A stretch of 64,000 nt of DNA from Azolla caroliniana (GCA_043228905.1 JBHGNT010000017.1:11780001-11844000); one strand, 5' to 3'. Counted from the stretch's first letter, positions 48,793 to 62,879 are shown. The notes: generated by a model not told the origin, from the letters alone. Program-made: numbers and translations.

Positions 48793-51700
48793 TTGATGAA
48801 CATACCCTTCAATTATGTATATATTAGTAACCTACCCTCACCTATGTTATGTGTACATAACATGAACACCCTGTGTTTGTGGCTAAGTCCAGTCCTGGAT
48901 AAACATTGTTTTGTCGACCATGATTCTTGCATATAGCAATGAACAACACGAAACTACCCAGTGGCGAAGCAAGCGAGGAGATTAGATGAACGGCTGAGGA
49001 GGCGGGAAGAGTACCAGTAGCTGGCTGAAGAGATCCGACAGGATCAATCTTTTCCCAGAGTGCTCCGGCGGGTCGTGGAGGAAACAGTCTGGTTACAAAA
49101 ACCAACAAAAATCAGACGAAAGAAGCAACCTCACCAGTCAACTCGAAGTCGAATCATTGTTGCAAACACTAGCAATAGGCATTGGAGACTTGAAAGTGTT
49201 CTTTGCCTTCGAGTTAAAGTTCAACAGCGAATGGAGTGTCCACTCCAATTATCAATCTATTCATGACACTCCCAACGATCCCGAGGAAGACGGATCCGAA
49301 CACATGCCTACACAGGAGTCAGAAACTACAATACTGATAACACTAGCACATGAAATGAATCCGGAACAACAACCGGAAGAAGAGAATAATCGTGCATCGA
49401 CACCACCAGAACGACAACCGAAGAAGGAAGACGACCGCCCAGCGACACCACCGACACACGAGCCTTTGCGGAACCGGAACGGGTTATAGACGACGAAACT
49501 ATGTTTTACCCATACCCAAAATATAGGGATGAACCAGATGTAGAAGCGTAGGCATATGCCTTTCTGCAGACGTGGGAAGAAAACCATGTTTCGCAACGAT
49601 TAACGGAAGAGGAAGCCAAGTGATCAAATATCGTTGAATTCAAAATGTCACTAGAAGGACCGGCGAAACGGTGGCATTCAAAGCACCTTCCGGGAAGCAT
49701 CACCACATTTCAAGCCCTACAGGAAAAGTTTTTGAAACTATTTCACCGACAGGAAGCTCTACGTGGGCACGGTGATGGAGTATTAGATGCGGTAGCCAAA
49801 CATGAGGTATATAGCTTCCTAGATGGATTCAGTGGGTGCAATCAAATTCGGATGCATCCAGATGACCAAAAGAAGATGGCCTGCAACATTTCAGAGGATC
49901 ATAATGGTAATATTTGGTGAATACATTGAGGCCTTTATGAAGGTATTCTTGGACGATTTTGATGTCTACAATCGAAAGGAGGATCACTTAGACCATCTCT
50001 GGATGTGTCTCGAGAAATGCTGGGGATCCCGATTAAGTTTAAATCTGGCAAAGTGTGTATTCAGGGTCACGAGTGGAGCGCTGCTATGCCACATAGTAAG
50101 GAAGGAAGGAATTGCAATGGATCCGGATAAGGTAAAAGGAATCTTCCAAGCACCAACACCGACAAATGTGAAAGCTTTGAGCCGATTCTTGGGATAGGTC
50201 ATGTGGCACAACCGGATGCACCAATTACCCTTGTAGTGGACGGAGTATGAGGATAAAGCATATCAGGCACTGAAAGTCATGCTTTCACAGGTTTCGGTGG
50301 TACAACCACCCAACTGGTCCAAGGATTTCCATGTATTTGTAGACGCGCTGGACATGGCCATCAAAAGCGTCCTAATGCAGCTTATGGAGCCGAAGTGGTA
50401 CTAGCCAATGTATTACGCGAGCCGGAAGCTATCCAAAGGTGAACGAAAATATTCAACAATGGAAAGAGAAGCTCTCAGAATTGTGTATAGTGTCACGAAG
50501 TTCCAACACTATTTGTTGGGTCAGAAATTTTCGTTTCATGCGGACCACTCCGCATTTGTGTATCTGGTGTCAAAAACGTTACTTACGGGGAAGCTAGCAA
50601 GGTGAACCTTATTATTGCAAGAGTTTGAATTTGACATATACCACCGACCCGAAGAACAACATGTGGTGGTAGATTACTTAAGCTGGTTTGAATCCGACAG
50701 ATCCGGCGATGGGGTCCACCACGAGTTTCTAGACGTGAATCTATTCTGAATCACCGTAGAGGTAGTAGTATATGACACGGTGTCCAACGAAGACAAGTGG
50801 ATGACCAACATGCATCAATTTCTGAGTACCAACTTACCACTTGACGAGTTGAGCCGGGATGAGCAAAAATGACTGGGAGTACTGAGCTGACAGTTTTGTT
50901 TAGTACAGGACACTTTGTACCACAAGGGAGACAACGAGATCTGGAGACGAGCAGTTCGGAGTGACAAGAAGGGCGCCATATTAGGCGAGTCATACTGCGG
51001 AGTTTCTGGAGGACACTATGCCAGAGACCCAACAACCTATGGTGTAGTGGTTTATGGTGGACAACCACCCTGAAGGACGCAATATTGTGATCTATGCCAA
51101 AGGATGGGGCAACCAACAGAGTAGGCGAAAATGCCACATGAATCGGTGTTGTCGCTGGAACCATTCCAAAAGCGGGGCCTAGACTTTGTCGGACCTTTCA
51201 AGCCTCTGGCAATGCGTACCGGAAACCAGTACATTCTCGTAACCACAGATTATTGTACTAAGTGGGTGGAAGCGAAGATGCTCCTGAATAACACGACGGC
51301 GTCCACGACAAAGTTCTTGTATGAGTATATCTAGTGCCGATATGGCTGCTCAATCCAGCTAATCCGTGACCAAGGCGAGCACTTCATAGCGCAAGTGGTG
51401 GAAACTCTAACGACATTCTATGCAATGGTCCACAAAAAAAGCACGCCTTACTACCCACACATGAACGGATTAACAGAATCAACCAATAAAATGCTTTAGA
51501 ATATCCTCTGGAAGATTGTGAATGAAAACCAGATGAATTGGGATACGAAACTTCACTCTGCGTTGTGGCCATACCGGATGACATACAAAACCAGCATCCG
51601 GTCGACATCATTCCGGCTAGCATTTGGATTGGAAGTGGTAATGGCAATGGAATTCTAGGTACCCAATTTGCGGATACAGGTATGAGAACAGTTAAGTGAG

Positions 51701-52870
51701 AAAGAAAGAGTCGGAACGAATCAAGTTAGAAACATTATGTGAATTGGAAGAACACCAGATACTGGGCTTGATGCAGTTAAAGCTGGAACATCGGTGACAC
51801 CGGAAGGAGAACAAAAAGGAATTCGGAATAGGGAGACCAGTGTTGGTATTCCAAACCCGGATGGGAAACATGTTGGGAAAGTTGAGGTTCTGGTGGACCG
51901 GACCATTTTGGATCACACAGGGGTTTAAAGGGTCCTATCAACTTGGTACATTGGCAGGGGAGCTCCTCGAGAAATGGGTAAACAGATTCCGGCTTGAACC
52001 CTACAAAGGACCGTTGCCGATAAACCCGCTCAAGAAACTGGAGGATCGCAAGAACCAGGCAACTTGAGAAGTGGTAATCGGAGAAGAGGTTACTGGCGAA
52101 ACCCTGACATAACGAAAAAAACGAACGTAATAATAATAGTAATAATAAAAACAATAAACGTAATCATAGTAGTACGATTAAAAAAAAACAAAAAATATAT
52201 ATTCAAGATATTGAAAAGGCGAGTGGAAGCGGCATGACATTAGCCCATTTAAAGCGCACCATGCGGCGTAATCATATTATTATGGTACATTACGTGCATG
52301 TGGGAATCAAGAAGAGATGGCTATGACCGATGGGGATACAAAATTTCTGAACACACGAGGGAGTCTAATTTTCCGAAACAAAGATCTTATGAGCACAGAA
52401 CGCACAGAGTCGGGGGAAAACACAGGCACTTAACCACCGGAACGAGCTCGATGAGGAAAGTATAGAACCATGGATTGGCTCATGAAGCACGGCCTCGAAG
52501 GACTTCTCTAAGTAACATAAGCAACATGAAGAACCAGAGAAGGTCGAGGCTACGATCGATATGGACGAACTCTCCGAAGCCACAGTGTAGGCAGTCATTG
52601 AACTACCTTCTAGAGACATGTACTCCATCGAGAACGCCTCCACCCAAATACTGACAGAATATTTGAAGGCCTAAAAGTGTATTGGTTGACTCCTTACGAA
52701 CAATGATTGCGGCCGTGATGGATGACAAGAAAGCGTGGCACATATTAGCACAATGGATTACCCACCAACACGTGTCATCAAACCGAAGAAACGAGCATGG
52801 CAGAAGACCACGCCAAACGAGTCATCCAAACGGTAGCAGCTCCAGGCCAAACATACCCCCGAATGAATAG
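48793..52870 (+). mobile_element. Degenerate gypsy of the ORF3-bearing lineage: LTR end (to 48905), gag, deleted RT start, RNase H, integrase, ORF3 start
   Basis: LTR end shares CACCCTGTGTTTGTGGCTAAGTCCA..GATAAACA with 62611-62649. [57 protein letters not shown] all match ORF 40364-45136. Confidence 0.85.
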
Positions 52871-52873
52871 CAA

Positions 52874-53828
52874 GGGAAACATCCCAATGGACAGAATCCA
52901 TTCTAGAGCCCCACAGAGAAGCGACGGTAGAAAAAGTTCCAGAGAAAACAATGAAATTGATTAAAATAAAATTGTGCGGACATGACGAGGAACAACCGGA
53001 ACTGGTACCGAAGGCTCACCAGAAAGCCATGGAAGAGGAGGAAGAGGAAGAAGAAGAACTCCTCCAATAGGGGAAACATCCCAATGGACAGAATCCATTC
53101 TAGAACTCCAGAGAGAAGCGACGGTAGAAAAAGTTCCGGAGAAAATAGTGAAATTGATTAAGATAAAATTGTGTTGACATGACGAGGAACAACCGGAACT
53201 GGTACCGCAGGCTCACCAGAAAGCCATGGAAGAGGAGGAAGAGGAAGAAGAAGAACACCTCCAACAGGTGAGACGTCCCAATGGACAGAATCCATTCTAG
53301 AACCCCAGAGAGAAGCGACGGTAGAAAAAGTTCGGAGAAAATAGTGAAATTGATTAAGATAAAATTGTGCCAACATGACCAGGAACAACCGGAACTGGTA
53401 CCGAAGGCTCACCAGAAAGCCATGGAAGAGGAGGAAGAGCAAGAATAAGAACACCTCCAACACGGGAAACGTCCCAATGGACAGAATCCATTCTAGAGCC
53501 CCAATAGAAAAAGTTCCAGAGAAAATAGTGAAATTGATTAAGATAAAATGGTGCCGACATGACCAGGAACAACCGGAACTGGTACCGAAGGCTCACCAGA
53601 AAGCCATGGAAGTGGAGGAAGAGCAAGAATAAGAACACCTCCAACACGGGAAACGTCCCAATGGACAGAATCCATTCTAGAGCCCCAGTAGAAAAAGTTT
53701 CAGAGAAAATAGTGAAATTGATTAAGATAAAATGGTGCCGACATGACCAGGAACAACCGGAATCGGTACCGAAGGCTCACCAGAAAGCCATGGAAGAGGA
53801 AAAGAGGAAGAAGAAGAACACCTCCAAC
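52874..53828. repeat. Tandem array of five ~184-197 bp units
   Basis: CCCAATGGACAGAATCCATTCTAGA..GAAATTGATTAAGATAAAA..CATGACCAGGAACAACCGGAACTGGTACCGAAGGCTCACCAGAAAGCCATGGAAG recurs from ~52874, 53071, 53268, 53464 and 53648. Confidence 0.92.
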
Positions 53829-53869
53829 GATGTCCAAGGAGACGTTGTCATGAAGATTTTCCGGCCATA

Positions 53870-54439
53870 GTGAGAAAACCGAATGGATCAGGCTAAATTG
53901 GCGAAGTGCACTGTGTGCACTTGTACATGCGAAATTGTATATAAAATAAAAATGGATTTATCAAGGAATGATTGTGAAGTTGAGGGTGTTTAATGTGCCC
54001 CTCCGAAAAATCATGGCGAGATATCTCCTTTGAAAAAGAGGAAATATTTGTCCCACATTGTAACATACCTCCCTCCTTAAGCTATAAAAGGAGGGATGGG
54101 TCCCTTGTAACAAGGTTGCCCGTTTTTGTTAGTTCCCCATTTTTGGTGTTTCGCTCTCTCTCTCTCTCTCTCTCAGTTTTAGGGGTTCAGTTTTTTGTTG
54201 TGTCTTCTGTGCAAGGCCTCCACTCGTGACGGTGAGCTTGAGTTCTCCCCGAATGGAGGCTTGCCTGCAGACATTCATTACATCTGGGCTGTCAATCCGG
54301 CTTGAAGTCACAGATGTAATAAGTTGGTCATGTATATATTTAGTTGTGCATAATTGTCTCTGTCTGTGTCAATTGTGTTTCCTTCTTCTCCGGTTTTCTG
54401 TATACGTTGGTGTGTGTTGAGTGAGAGTGCTATGCACGT

Positions 54440-54476
<37 letters not shown>

Positions 54477-54770
54477 TAGGGGTTTAGTCCTACTCAAGCT
54501 CGTAGTCTTGAAGGGTTCCAATTTTCTGTTGTGTCTTCTATGCAAGGCCTCCACTCGTGACGGTGAGCCTAAGTGCTCCCCAAATGGAGGCTTGCCTGCA
54601 AACATTCGTTACATCTGGTCTGTCGGTCTGGCTTGAAGTCGCAGATGTAATCAGTTGCTCATGTATATATTTAGTTGTGCATAATTGTCTCTATCTATGT
54701 CAATTGTGTTTCCTTCTTCTCTGGTTTTCTGTATACGTTGGTGTGTGTCGAGTAAGAGCTCTACGCACGT

Positions 54771-54811
<41 letters not shown>

Positions 54812-54896
54812 TAGTTGCCGGCACCAGCGAAGCTCGGACTTTCCTCCTCCGTCCCTCTCAAGTCCAAGACCTCGGTGGTTCCACCCCGTTTCAACA
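53870..54896 (+). repeat. LTR-like segment with TATA box, (CT)n tracts and a ~330 bp internal duplication, ending TTTCAACA
   Basis: CTATAAAAGGAGGG near 54082; the TGCAAGGCCTCCACTCGTGACGGTGAGC block occurs at ~54210 and ~54541; three (CT)n runs; no TSD found. Confidence 0.55.
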
Positions 54897-55974
54897 CATA
54901 TACTCGGATTTCCGCGACAACGCAAAACTGAATAGTATGGGGAAGGATCGGGTACGAGAATGGATAGTATATCGATTCCCCACTCAATGGTGGTGGAGAC
55001 AAGACTGGAGTCAGAAACAACAGAAAGGCCAGAAGCGGTGAGCATGGTTCAACAAGAACTAGAGAAGGAACGACATACATCAACAGGTCTTTAGAGTCAA
55101 TTACAACATGAATAACGCCAACCAGAACGGACACTAGAACCAAAAGAACCAGTTACACAAGGGCTCAGAGAAGATCAAGAACTGATGCAAGAACCAGTAC
55201 AACAGTTCGTTGTGCTCACACAACACGGAACCTGTTGGCAATGGCTGGAGTGGTTCGGGAAATAGGTTTTCGGTGCGGCTAACCACATGGAAATAGAACA
55301 ACGACTGGAGCGGAAATAAACAGAATGGTTATTGTCAACAACCAAAGAATTGAAAAAAGCCCGGAATAAGATCGGGAGCTGGAAGAAGAGTTGGCAAGGG
55401 CCAAAGAACTACCGGCCATCATGGTGAATATTGGCCACAACACCAGCCAAGAAATGGAGCTGGTGGAATTTGAAAATTTACAGAAGGAAGCTCTGGAAAG
55501 ATAAGTGGAACCGTGGGCTAGCACAAACCCTGTAAAAGAACGTGCGCAGGAGAAGGAAATGCAAATGCTAAAAGACCAATTGGCCGCCCAAGAGGCATTA
55601 AGAGAAAGGGAGGCAGAACTGAGGAAGAGAACTAAGGAGGACAAGAGGAGAACCGAAGAGAGTCTCCGGAACATTTAGGGAAGTTATGACCGGCTAAAGG
55701 AGGAGAAGGATAGCTTGCAGAGAATGGCGGAGATAGAAATCAAAAGGTTGAAGGAGAAGGTCCGACAGTAGAAGGATCGGGATGATCGGTTGCGGGGGTA
55801 GCAAAAAATGGAGAACTTCGAGAAGTTGTACCAGGACTATAAGCAGCTAGCGGCGGAACATAAGAAGCTGGGGTCAGATTATGACCGCCAGCGAGAGAAG
55901 CTCAAGGAGGCCCAAATGGAGTTGAAAGAGAAAATGGGGGCGTTGACAGACCAGGGACAGATGATGGCGGAAAC

Positions 55975-58900
55975 TGATGGAAATAATCGACACTTTCCAA
56001 ACTTCACCTCTCGGCCACAACCAAGGAAACACACGAATCGTTGTTGCAGAAAATGGGTAATGCAAAAGTAAATAAGTGGACACACGATTTAACGTGGAAA
56101 ACCCTGTACGGGAAAAAAACCACGGGAGTACAAGACTCCGAACCAAAACTATGCACAGAGAAATATACAATGGCGAGCTGCAAGGCGACGACCTTGAGCT
56201 CGCTGTCCTCGCCACAGGCGGCGGAATTACACAGAGGCGTCGACCTCTTCGTCTCTCACGCTCTATCTCTCTCACGGCTGCTCTCTCTTCACTCCTCTTG
56301 AGTGGAAAAACAGAAAAATGAGTAGCAACATCAAAACTGTTTGCCCTAAGTCATATTTATACACATATGACTTTAGGGCTATTTACAACTATAGCCTCAA
56401 GGGCCCTTGGCAAACATATTCACAGATATGTCCCCGCATCCGGATCTCTCTCCGGGTACATTCGTCGTCCGGCTCCGAAGTCGGGGTCTTCATCATCCGG
56501 TTCCGAAACCGCAACCGGGCTTGTCGTCATTCATCTCCGGACATCCGACCATCCCATCCGGAGGGACCGTAATCCCAACAAACTCCCCCTTCACTTCGGC
56601 ATGGGATGTCTCTCCAATCCGATCCTCTTCCGGCATGCTTCCAGCTTGTCGGGTGTGAGCACCTTGGTCAGCATATCCGACCCGTTCTCGTCCGTGTGGA
56701 TCTTCGTCAGCACGAACTCCTTGTCTTCTATCCTTTCCCGGATCCAGTGATATCTTCGCTGGATGTGCTTCGTCCGGGAGTGATAGGCCGCGTTCTTCGC
56801 AAGGTGGATTGCACTCTGACTGTCGCAGTAGAGTCGGTACTCCTCCTGCCGGATACCGAGCTCTCTAATGAAGTCCTTCATCCATATTATTTCCTTGCCG
56901 GCTTCAACAACCGCCATGTACTCCGCCTCCGTGGTTGACAACGCAACCGTCTTCTACAGCCTCGACTGCCATGAAACAGCTCCCCCTGCATACGTCATCA
57001 CATACCCTGATGTGGACCGGCTGGTATCTGCATCAGCCGACATATCCGAATCGGTGAAGCCGTCGAGTTCGGGCTTACCGGAGCCGAATCGGAGGCACAC
57101 GTTTGTCGTGCCCTTCAGGTATCGGAGTATCCACTTGGCCGCGTTCCAATGCTCTTTGCCGGGATTGCTCATGTACCGGCTCACCACTCCGACTGCATAT
57201 CCTATGTCCGGTCGGGTACACACCATTGCGTACATCAAGCTCCCGACGGCAGAGGCATATGGTACTTTCATCATGTCCTCCTTCTCAGCCTTTGTCTTGG
57301 GGCTTTGCTTGCTGGACAACTTGCAGTTTGCCGGGAGGGGTGACCCGACCGGTCTTGCTTCCGACATGTTGAACCGGTGAAGCACCTTTGTCACGTACTT
57401 CTCCTGTGACAGCCACAACTGCTTCTTCTTCCGGTCCCGGATGATGTGCATCCCTAGTATTTGCCTCGCCGGACCCAGGTCCTTCATTGAGAAGGTTCGG
57501 TGAAGCGCTTTCTTCAGCATCCGTATCTTGACCTGGTCCCGTCCGACGATCAACATGTCGTCCACGTACAGGAGGAGTATTAGAAAGTCTCCTCCTTCGA
57601 ACTTCTTCACAAACACGCAGTGATCGGACTGCGTTTTGTGGTAGCCTTCGTCGGTCATGAAAGAGTCGAACTTCCGGTACCATTGCCGGGGAGCCTGCTT
57701 CAGTCCGTAAAGGCTCTTCTTCAACCGGCATACCAGGTGCTCCTTCCCTTTCTTCTCGAATCCTTCCGGTTGCTGCATGTAGATCTCTTCTTCGAGGTCA
57801 CCGTGAAGGAATGCCGTCTTCACGTCCATCTGTTCTACCTCGAGGTCCACGCTTGCCGCTATGCTCAGCACCGTCCGGATGGAGGTCATCTTCACTACCG
57901 GGGCAAATATCTCGTCGAAGTCGACGCCCTTCTTCTGCTGGAACCCCTTCACTACGATCCTGGCTTTGTATCTCGGGGGGTTTCCGACATCTCCCGGTTT
58001 CAGCTTGAACACCCACTTGTTTCGAAGTGCCCGCTTTCCTTTCGGCAACTCCACAAGTTCATATGTGTGGTTCTCATGCAGGGAATCCATCTCCTCCTGC
58101 ATGGCACTTAACCACCTGCGGCTATGGGTGTCATGCTTCGCTTCTTCAAAGCTCTCCGGCTCCCCCTCGTCGGTTAGCAGCACGTGCTCTGGTTCCGGAA
58201 ATCTCCGGGGAGCCCTTCTCTCTCTTAGAGGATATCTCCATTCCGGAGCTTCGGTAACCGGTTCTTCCGATTCTTCTTCATCCGAATCCATTTCGGGATC
58301 GGGGCCGGTTCCGGTATCATTTTCATCTTCTTCGGCCGGTTCTGTTTCTTCACCGTCTTTGGCCGGATCTTCGAGTGTTAACCGGTCCCTTGCCGGTCAG
58401 GACTGCTCCTCGTAGAGTTTATCCTCACCGGTCGACTTGGAGCTCTTCATCTTCTTCTCCGACTCCCAGTCGTCGAGTGTCTTGTTCTCCATGAAGATGA
58501 TATCACGACTCCGGAATATCTTCTTGTCGACCGGGTCCCATACTCGGTAGCCGAACTCGTCATCGCCGTAACCGAGGAATATGCATGGCCGGGTCTTTGG
58601 ATCTAGCTTTCCTCTCCGGTCCTTTGCCACATGCACGTATGCGAGACACCCGAACACCTTCAGATGCCGGTAGGATACTTCCCTACCGGTCCACACTCTC
58701 TGCGGCGTGTCTCCGTCCAAAGGTACTGAGGGTGATCTGTTTATCACGTATGTCGCCGTTGACATCGCCTCAGCCCAAAACCCCTTGGGTAATTCCGCAT
58801 GCGCCAGCATACTCCGGACCCTCTCCATTATGGTCCGGTTCATCCTCTCGGCCAGCCTGTTCAGTTCCGGCGTCTTCGGCACAGTAAACTCGAGCCGGAT

Positions 58901-61300
58901 TCCCTTCGAGCGACAGTACTCCGCGAACTGCCCCCGGTATTCCCCTCCGTTATCTGCTCGTATCGCTTTCAGCTTCTTGCCGGATTCCCTTTCCACTCTC
59001 GCGTGGAGTTCTTTGAAGACGCACAACACTTGGTCCTTTGTCTTCAACGGTGCCGTCCACAGCTTCCGGCTGTGATCATCAATGAATGTTACGAAGTACT
59101 GGGCTCCGCCATGTGACTTCGTTTCTACCTGACACACATCAGTGTGCACCAACTCCAATGGTGCGCTACGTCTCGTCGGTGGCCTTGAGTGGAAGGAGGT
59201 TCGGTTCTGCTTACCGGCCAGGCAATCGGTGCACTTCTCCAAGTGCACATGCTTCACTGGAATAAGGTTGTCTTCTGCAAGCCTCTTCATCCCCTTCTCA
59301 CTCATGTGGCACAGTCTCTTGTGCCACAGCTCACCGGCAGTGTCAGCTGCCACATTCAGCTCCTCCGGACATAGCCGGGAATTCATCAGGTACAGTGTGT
59401 TGACCTTCCGGGCCCGAGCCACTATCAGGCTTCCTTTGCTGAACTTCATGACACCGTTCCGGATGCTACCCGTGTAGCCTTCATCGTCTAGCCTCCCGGC
59501 CGAAATCAGGTTCAATCGAACCTCCGGAACGTGTCGAACATCCTTCAGCAGCATCTTGCATCCGGTTGATGTCATTAGCCACACGTCTCCTGTGCTGGCA
59601 ATCCGGCATGTACCTTCATTTCCCATCCGGACACAGTCGTGCTCACTGGCTGTGTAGGATGAGAAGTATTTCTTCTCCGGGGTCAGGTGGAACGACGCTC
59701 CGGAATCGACCACCCAGGTCATCTCTTCACCGGCAAGGTTCAGCTCCCTCTCTTCGGTAATGAGCATTATCTCTTCTTCACTTGCCGTGACTGCCGTCGT
59801 TCCTTTCCGGTCCTGCCCTCGCCGATCCGGACCTCTCCGGTCCGTGGCTCCCCGGTATGCACCGTTTCTCTCCGGTGACTTCTTCGAATCGGTGTCGTCG
59901 GCTCCGTTGTCCTTTCGGTAATGCCGACAATTCTTCCGGAAGTGCCCCGGCTTCCCACAGTGGAAGCATGTGGGTCTTCCTCTTGACTGCGACCGGGTCC
60001 CCGACTTCTCCCGTCTTTGCGGACTCCGGTTCCATTGTCTTCCCCGTTCCGATTCGGTAAGCAGCGCCTTCGAGTCGGAGGCCGGTTCTTTATCTCTCCG
60101 ACGCGCTTCTTCGTTCAAAATACTTGTCTTTACCGTTTGTAGGGACAAGTTATCTTCCGTGCAGGAGGTGCTGAGAGTCACCACCAAGTTCTCCCAGCTT
60201 TCTGGTAATGTACACATCAGAATGATGGCTTGCATTGCATCCTCCAGCGGGAACTTGATCGCCGCAAGCTGGTTCACGAATCCCATGAACGTGCTTACGT
60301 GTTCCACCATACTCTCGCCGTCCCGGTACTTGAGCTTCACTATCTTCCTCATCAGGGAGGTCCGGTTCAACGCATTCTTCCTCTCGTAGAGGCCCGACAG
60401 CTTCCGCCACATCTCATATGCGTTGATGTCGTTCGCCACATGTTGTAGAACGCTCACGTCGACGTATTGCCGAATGGTTGCAACGGCTTTCCGGTTCAGA
60501 AGCCTCCATTCCGACTCAAGTACCCCCTTCGGTATTTCCGACCTGTCAATCGGTTCGTACAGGTCCCGAACAATCAGAAGATCCTCCATCTTGATCTTCC
60601 AGTCGGCGTAATTCTGCGCATTCAGCACCATCATCCCCGGCTGCCCGCTGCCGCCGCCTTCCATTTTCTGCAGCAGCTCGTTCTGATACCAAATTGATGG
60701 AAATAATCGACACTTTCCAAACTTCACCTCTCGGCCACAACCAAGGAAACACACGAATCGTTGTTGCAGAAAATGGGTAATGCAAAAGTAAATAAGTGGA
60801 CACACGATTTAACGTGGAAAACCCTGTACGGGAAAAAAACCACGGGAGTACAAGACTCCGAACCAAAACTATGCACAGAGAAATATACAATGGCGAGCTG
60901 CAAGGCGACGACCTTGAGCTCGCTGTCCTCGCCACAGGCGGCGGAATTACACAGAGGCGTCGACCTCTTCGTCTCTCACGCTCTATCTCTCTCACGGCTG
61001 CTCTCTCTTCACTCCTCTTGAGTGGAAAAACAGAAAAATGAGTAGCAACATCAAAACTGTTTGCCCTAAGTCATATTTATACACATATGACGTTAGGGCT
61101 ATTTACAACTATAGCCTCAAGGGCCCTTGGCAAACATATTCACAGATATGTCCCCGCATCCAGATCTCTCTCCGGGTACATTCGTCGTCTGGCTCCCAAG
61201 TCGGGGTCTTCATCATCTGGTTCCGAAACCGCAACCGGGCTTGTCGTCATTCATCTCCGGACATCCGACCATCCCATCCGGAGGGACCGTAATCCCAACA
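55975..61300 (-). mobile_element. Full-length Tnt1/Tork-like copia, sister subfamily of 13145-18603
   Basis: 606-bp LTRs 55975-56580 and 60695-61300 with about five substitutions seen; TSD GAAAC at 55970-55974 and 61301-61305; PBS TGGTATCAGAAC 60691-60680; PPT near 56583-56592. Confidence 0.96.
56591..60664 (-). pseudogene. Copia gag-pol with two in-frame stops (58397-58399 TGA, 56954-56956 TAG)
   Basis: Protein nearly identical to 13848-17921, where these codons are CGA and CAG. Confidence 0.94.
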
Positions 61301-62879
61301 GAAACAACGGCAAAGGTGTTGGAGGAGGCGTCAAAAGAATGGGCAAAGACGGTGTTGGATAGGGTGCAAATGACCTACCAAACCAAACTGATGGAGTATA
61401 AACTACAAGCGACTGCTGCGGCCGACCTCATCAAACAACTTAAAAATAAAAAGGAGGCCATGGAAGATAAAACGAAATTGGACATCTGAAGAATCCAGAT
61501 GATTGTCGCAACATGGAGGGACTGAATGAAGATAAGATAGACGATTGTTCGGTGACAATATGGAATCAATGGTTCTTACAAGCGACAAAAATCAAATTGG
61601 TCCAAACGGATGATGCAAACCGGAAGAAGGCCGACGAAAATTTCTACAAAATGGATGAGGAAAGTATTGTCACCATCCGGGAAGAATTGTCGGATGATTT
61701 TTTTTCCCTAGCCAAAACTCAAATAGAGGTTGTCTGAAAGCTCATCGATAGGCTGGAAGATGACCAACTCGACGTGCAACTACAGTTCGAGGGCAATGAA
61801 GGGGAGCAACAGCAAAAGGAAGCTCGAAAGGGAGCAGACCAAATCAACATCAATGATGAGAAGCAATCAATGAAGCCACAACTAAAGTTGCAATCGGATC
61901 AACACATGGAAGGAGTCGAAATGCAACAGAGGGAAGGAGCCAGAACAAAGCTGGCAAAGGGAACCGAACCAGATCAGCAACAACATCCTCAGCAGCCGGA
62001 TCAACAACAACAACCTTAGCAACCAAATCAACAACAACAAAAATAGATGGAGAAGGAACCGCTCGAGCCCTTGGATCAGAGTATACTGGACATACTCGAT
62101 GAAGACTGAAGGAGCTAACCCATGGGTTCGATGTGTAATGCCCTGTCCGACGAGCGTGCCATGTGTTGGCCTAGAGTATGTTCTCGACGAGTAATGTGGA
62201 TGGGGAGGAGTCAGAGTATAATAATATAAGTAGTAGCATAATTATTAGTTAAGTAATATTATAGAAACATATGAATCCAGATAGTTGTACTGATCTGGAT
62301 CCGCATTGATTGATAGTTGGTAGCTGGTAAGGCACCGTTTTGTAACTTATACTGGACGACTATAAAAGGGTCTGGAATTGATGTAAAAGTTAATGGAAGT
62401 AATATGAGATTAGTGTGTTTCTATTCTTAATTGTATACCTTTTGTACTTGTCGTTCGGTGCTTAAACTCTTAATCTTATGCGTGTTACAATTAATTGGTT
62501 GCATAATAAGTAATCCGGAAGGCATCCGGGGATAGTCGGATCGGAATCGGATAGATAGCGGATATCATCCATATCCTAACCACCCCTTTCGAGAAGTGTT
62601 CCGAAACAGACACCCTGTGTTTGTGGCTAAGTCCAAGCCAAGATAAACAACTCCCTTGTAAAAGGATTACTCTTTCTATTTACAATGGTATGGAGTTGTC
62701 TCCCTCGTAAACCTAGATTACATTAACATCTGAGATTATAATTACAAGTCAATCGGCATATAGCTGAGGCGGTAGAGGTAGGATCAATGTCTAGCCTGAT
62801 TCGGCTACTCATTTGGATTTATTTGTCTAAATCAGTTAGATCATCTTACCTTCTACTCCTTGCTCAACACTCTTCGGCT

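Larger units (their letters stand above)
54897..62649 (+). mobile_element. 3' part of another gypsy of the ORF3-bearing lineage (decayed ORF3, CCA motif, 3' LTR 62164-62649), interrupted by a copia
   Basis: Coiled-coil remnants at 55300-55970 and 61306-61490; IWNQWFLQATKI..DDANRKKADENFYKM (61513-61737) matches the ORF3 motif; ends SILDILDED*; LTR TGTTG..AAACA with TATAAAA near 62361. Confidence 0.8.

Noticed and set aside
52874-53828. Regularly repeated units as a CRISPR array or repeat-protein gene
   Set aside because: Whole units repeat with no unique spacers, there are no cas genes, and the frame is not kept between units.
48793-62649. A single gypsy element spanning this interval
   Set aside because: The LTR ends share only the last ~45 nt and part of ORF3 seems to occur twice, so two related copies are more likely.
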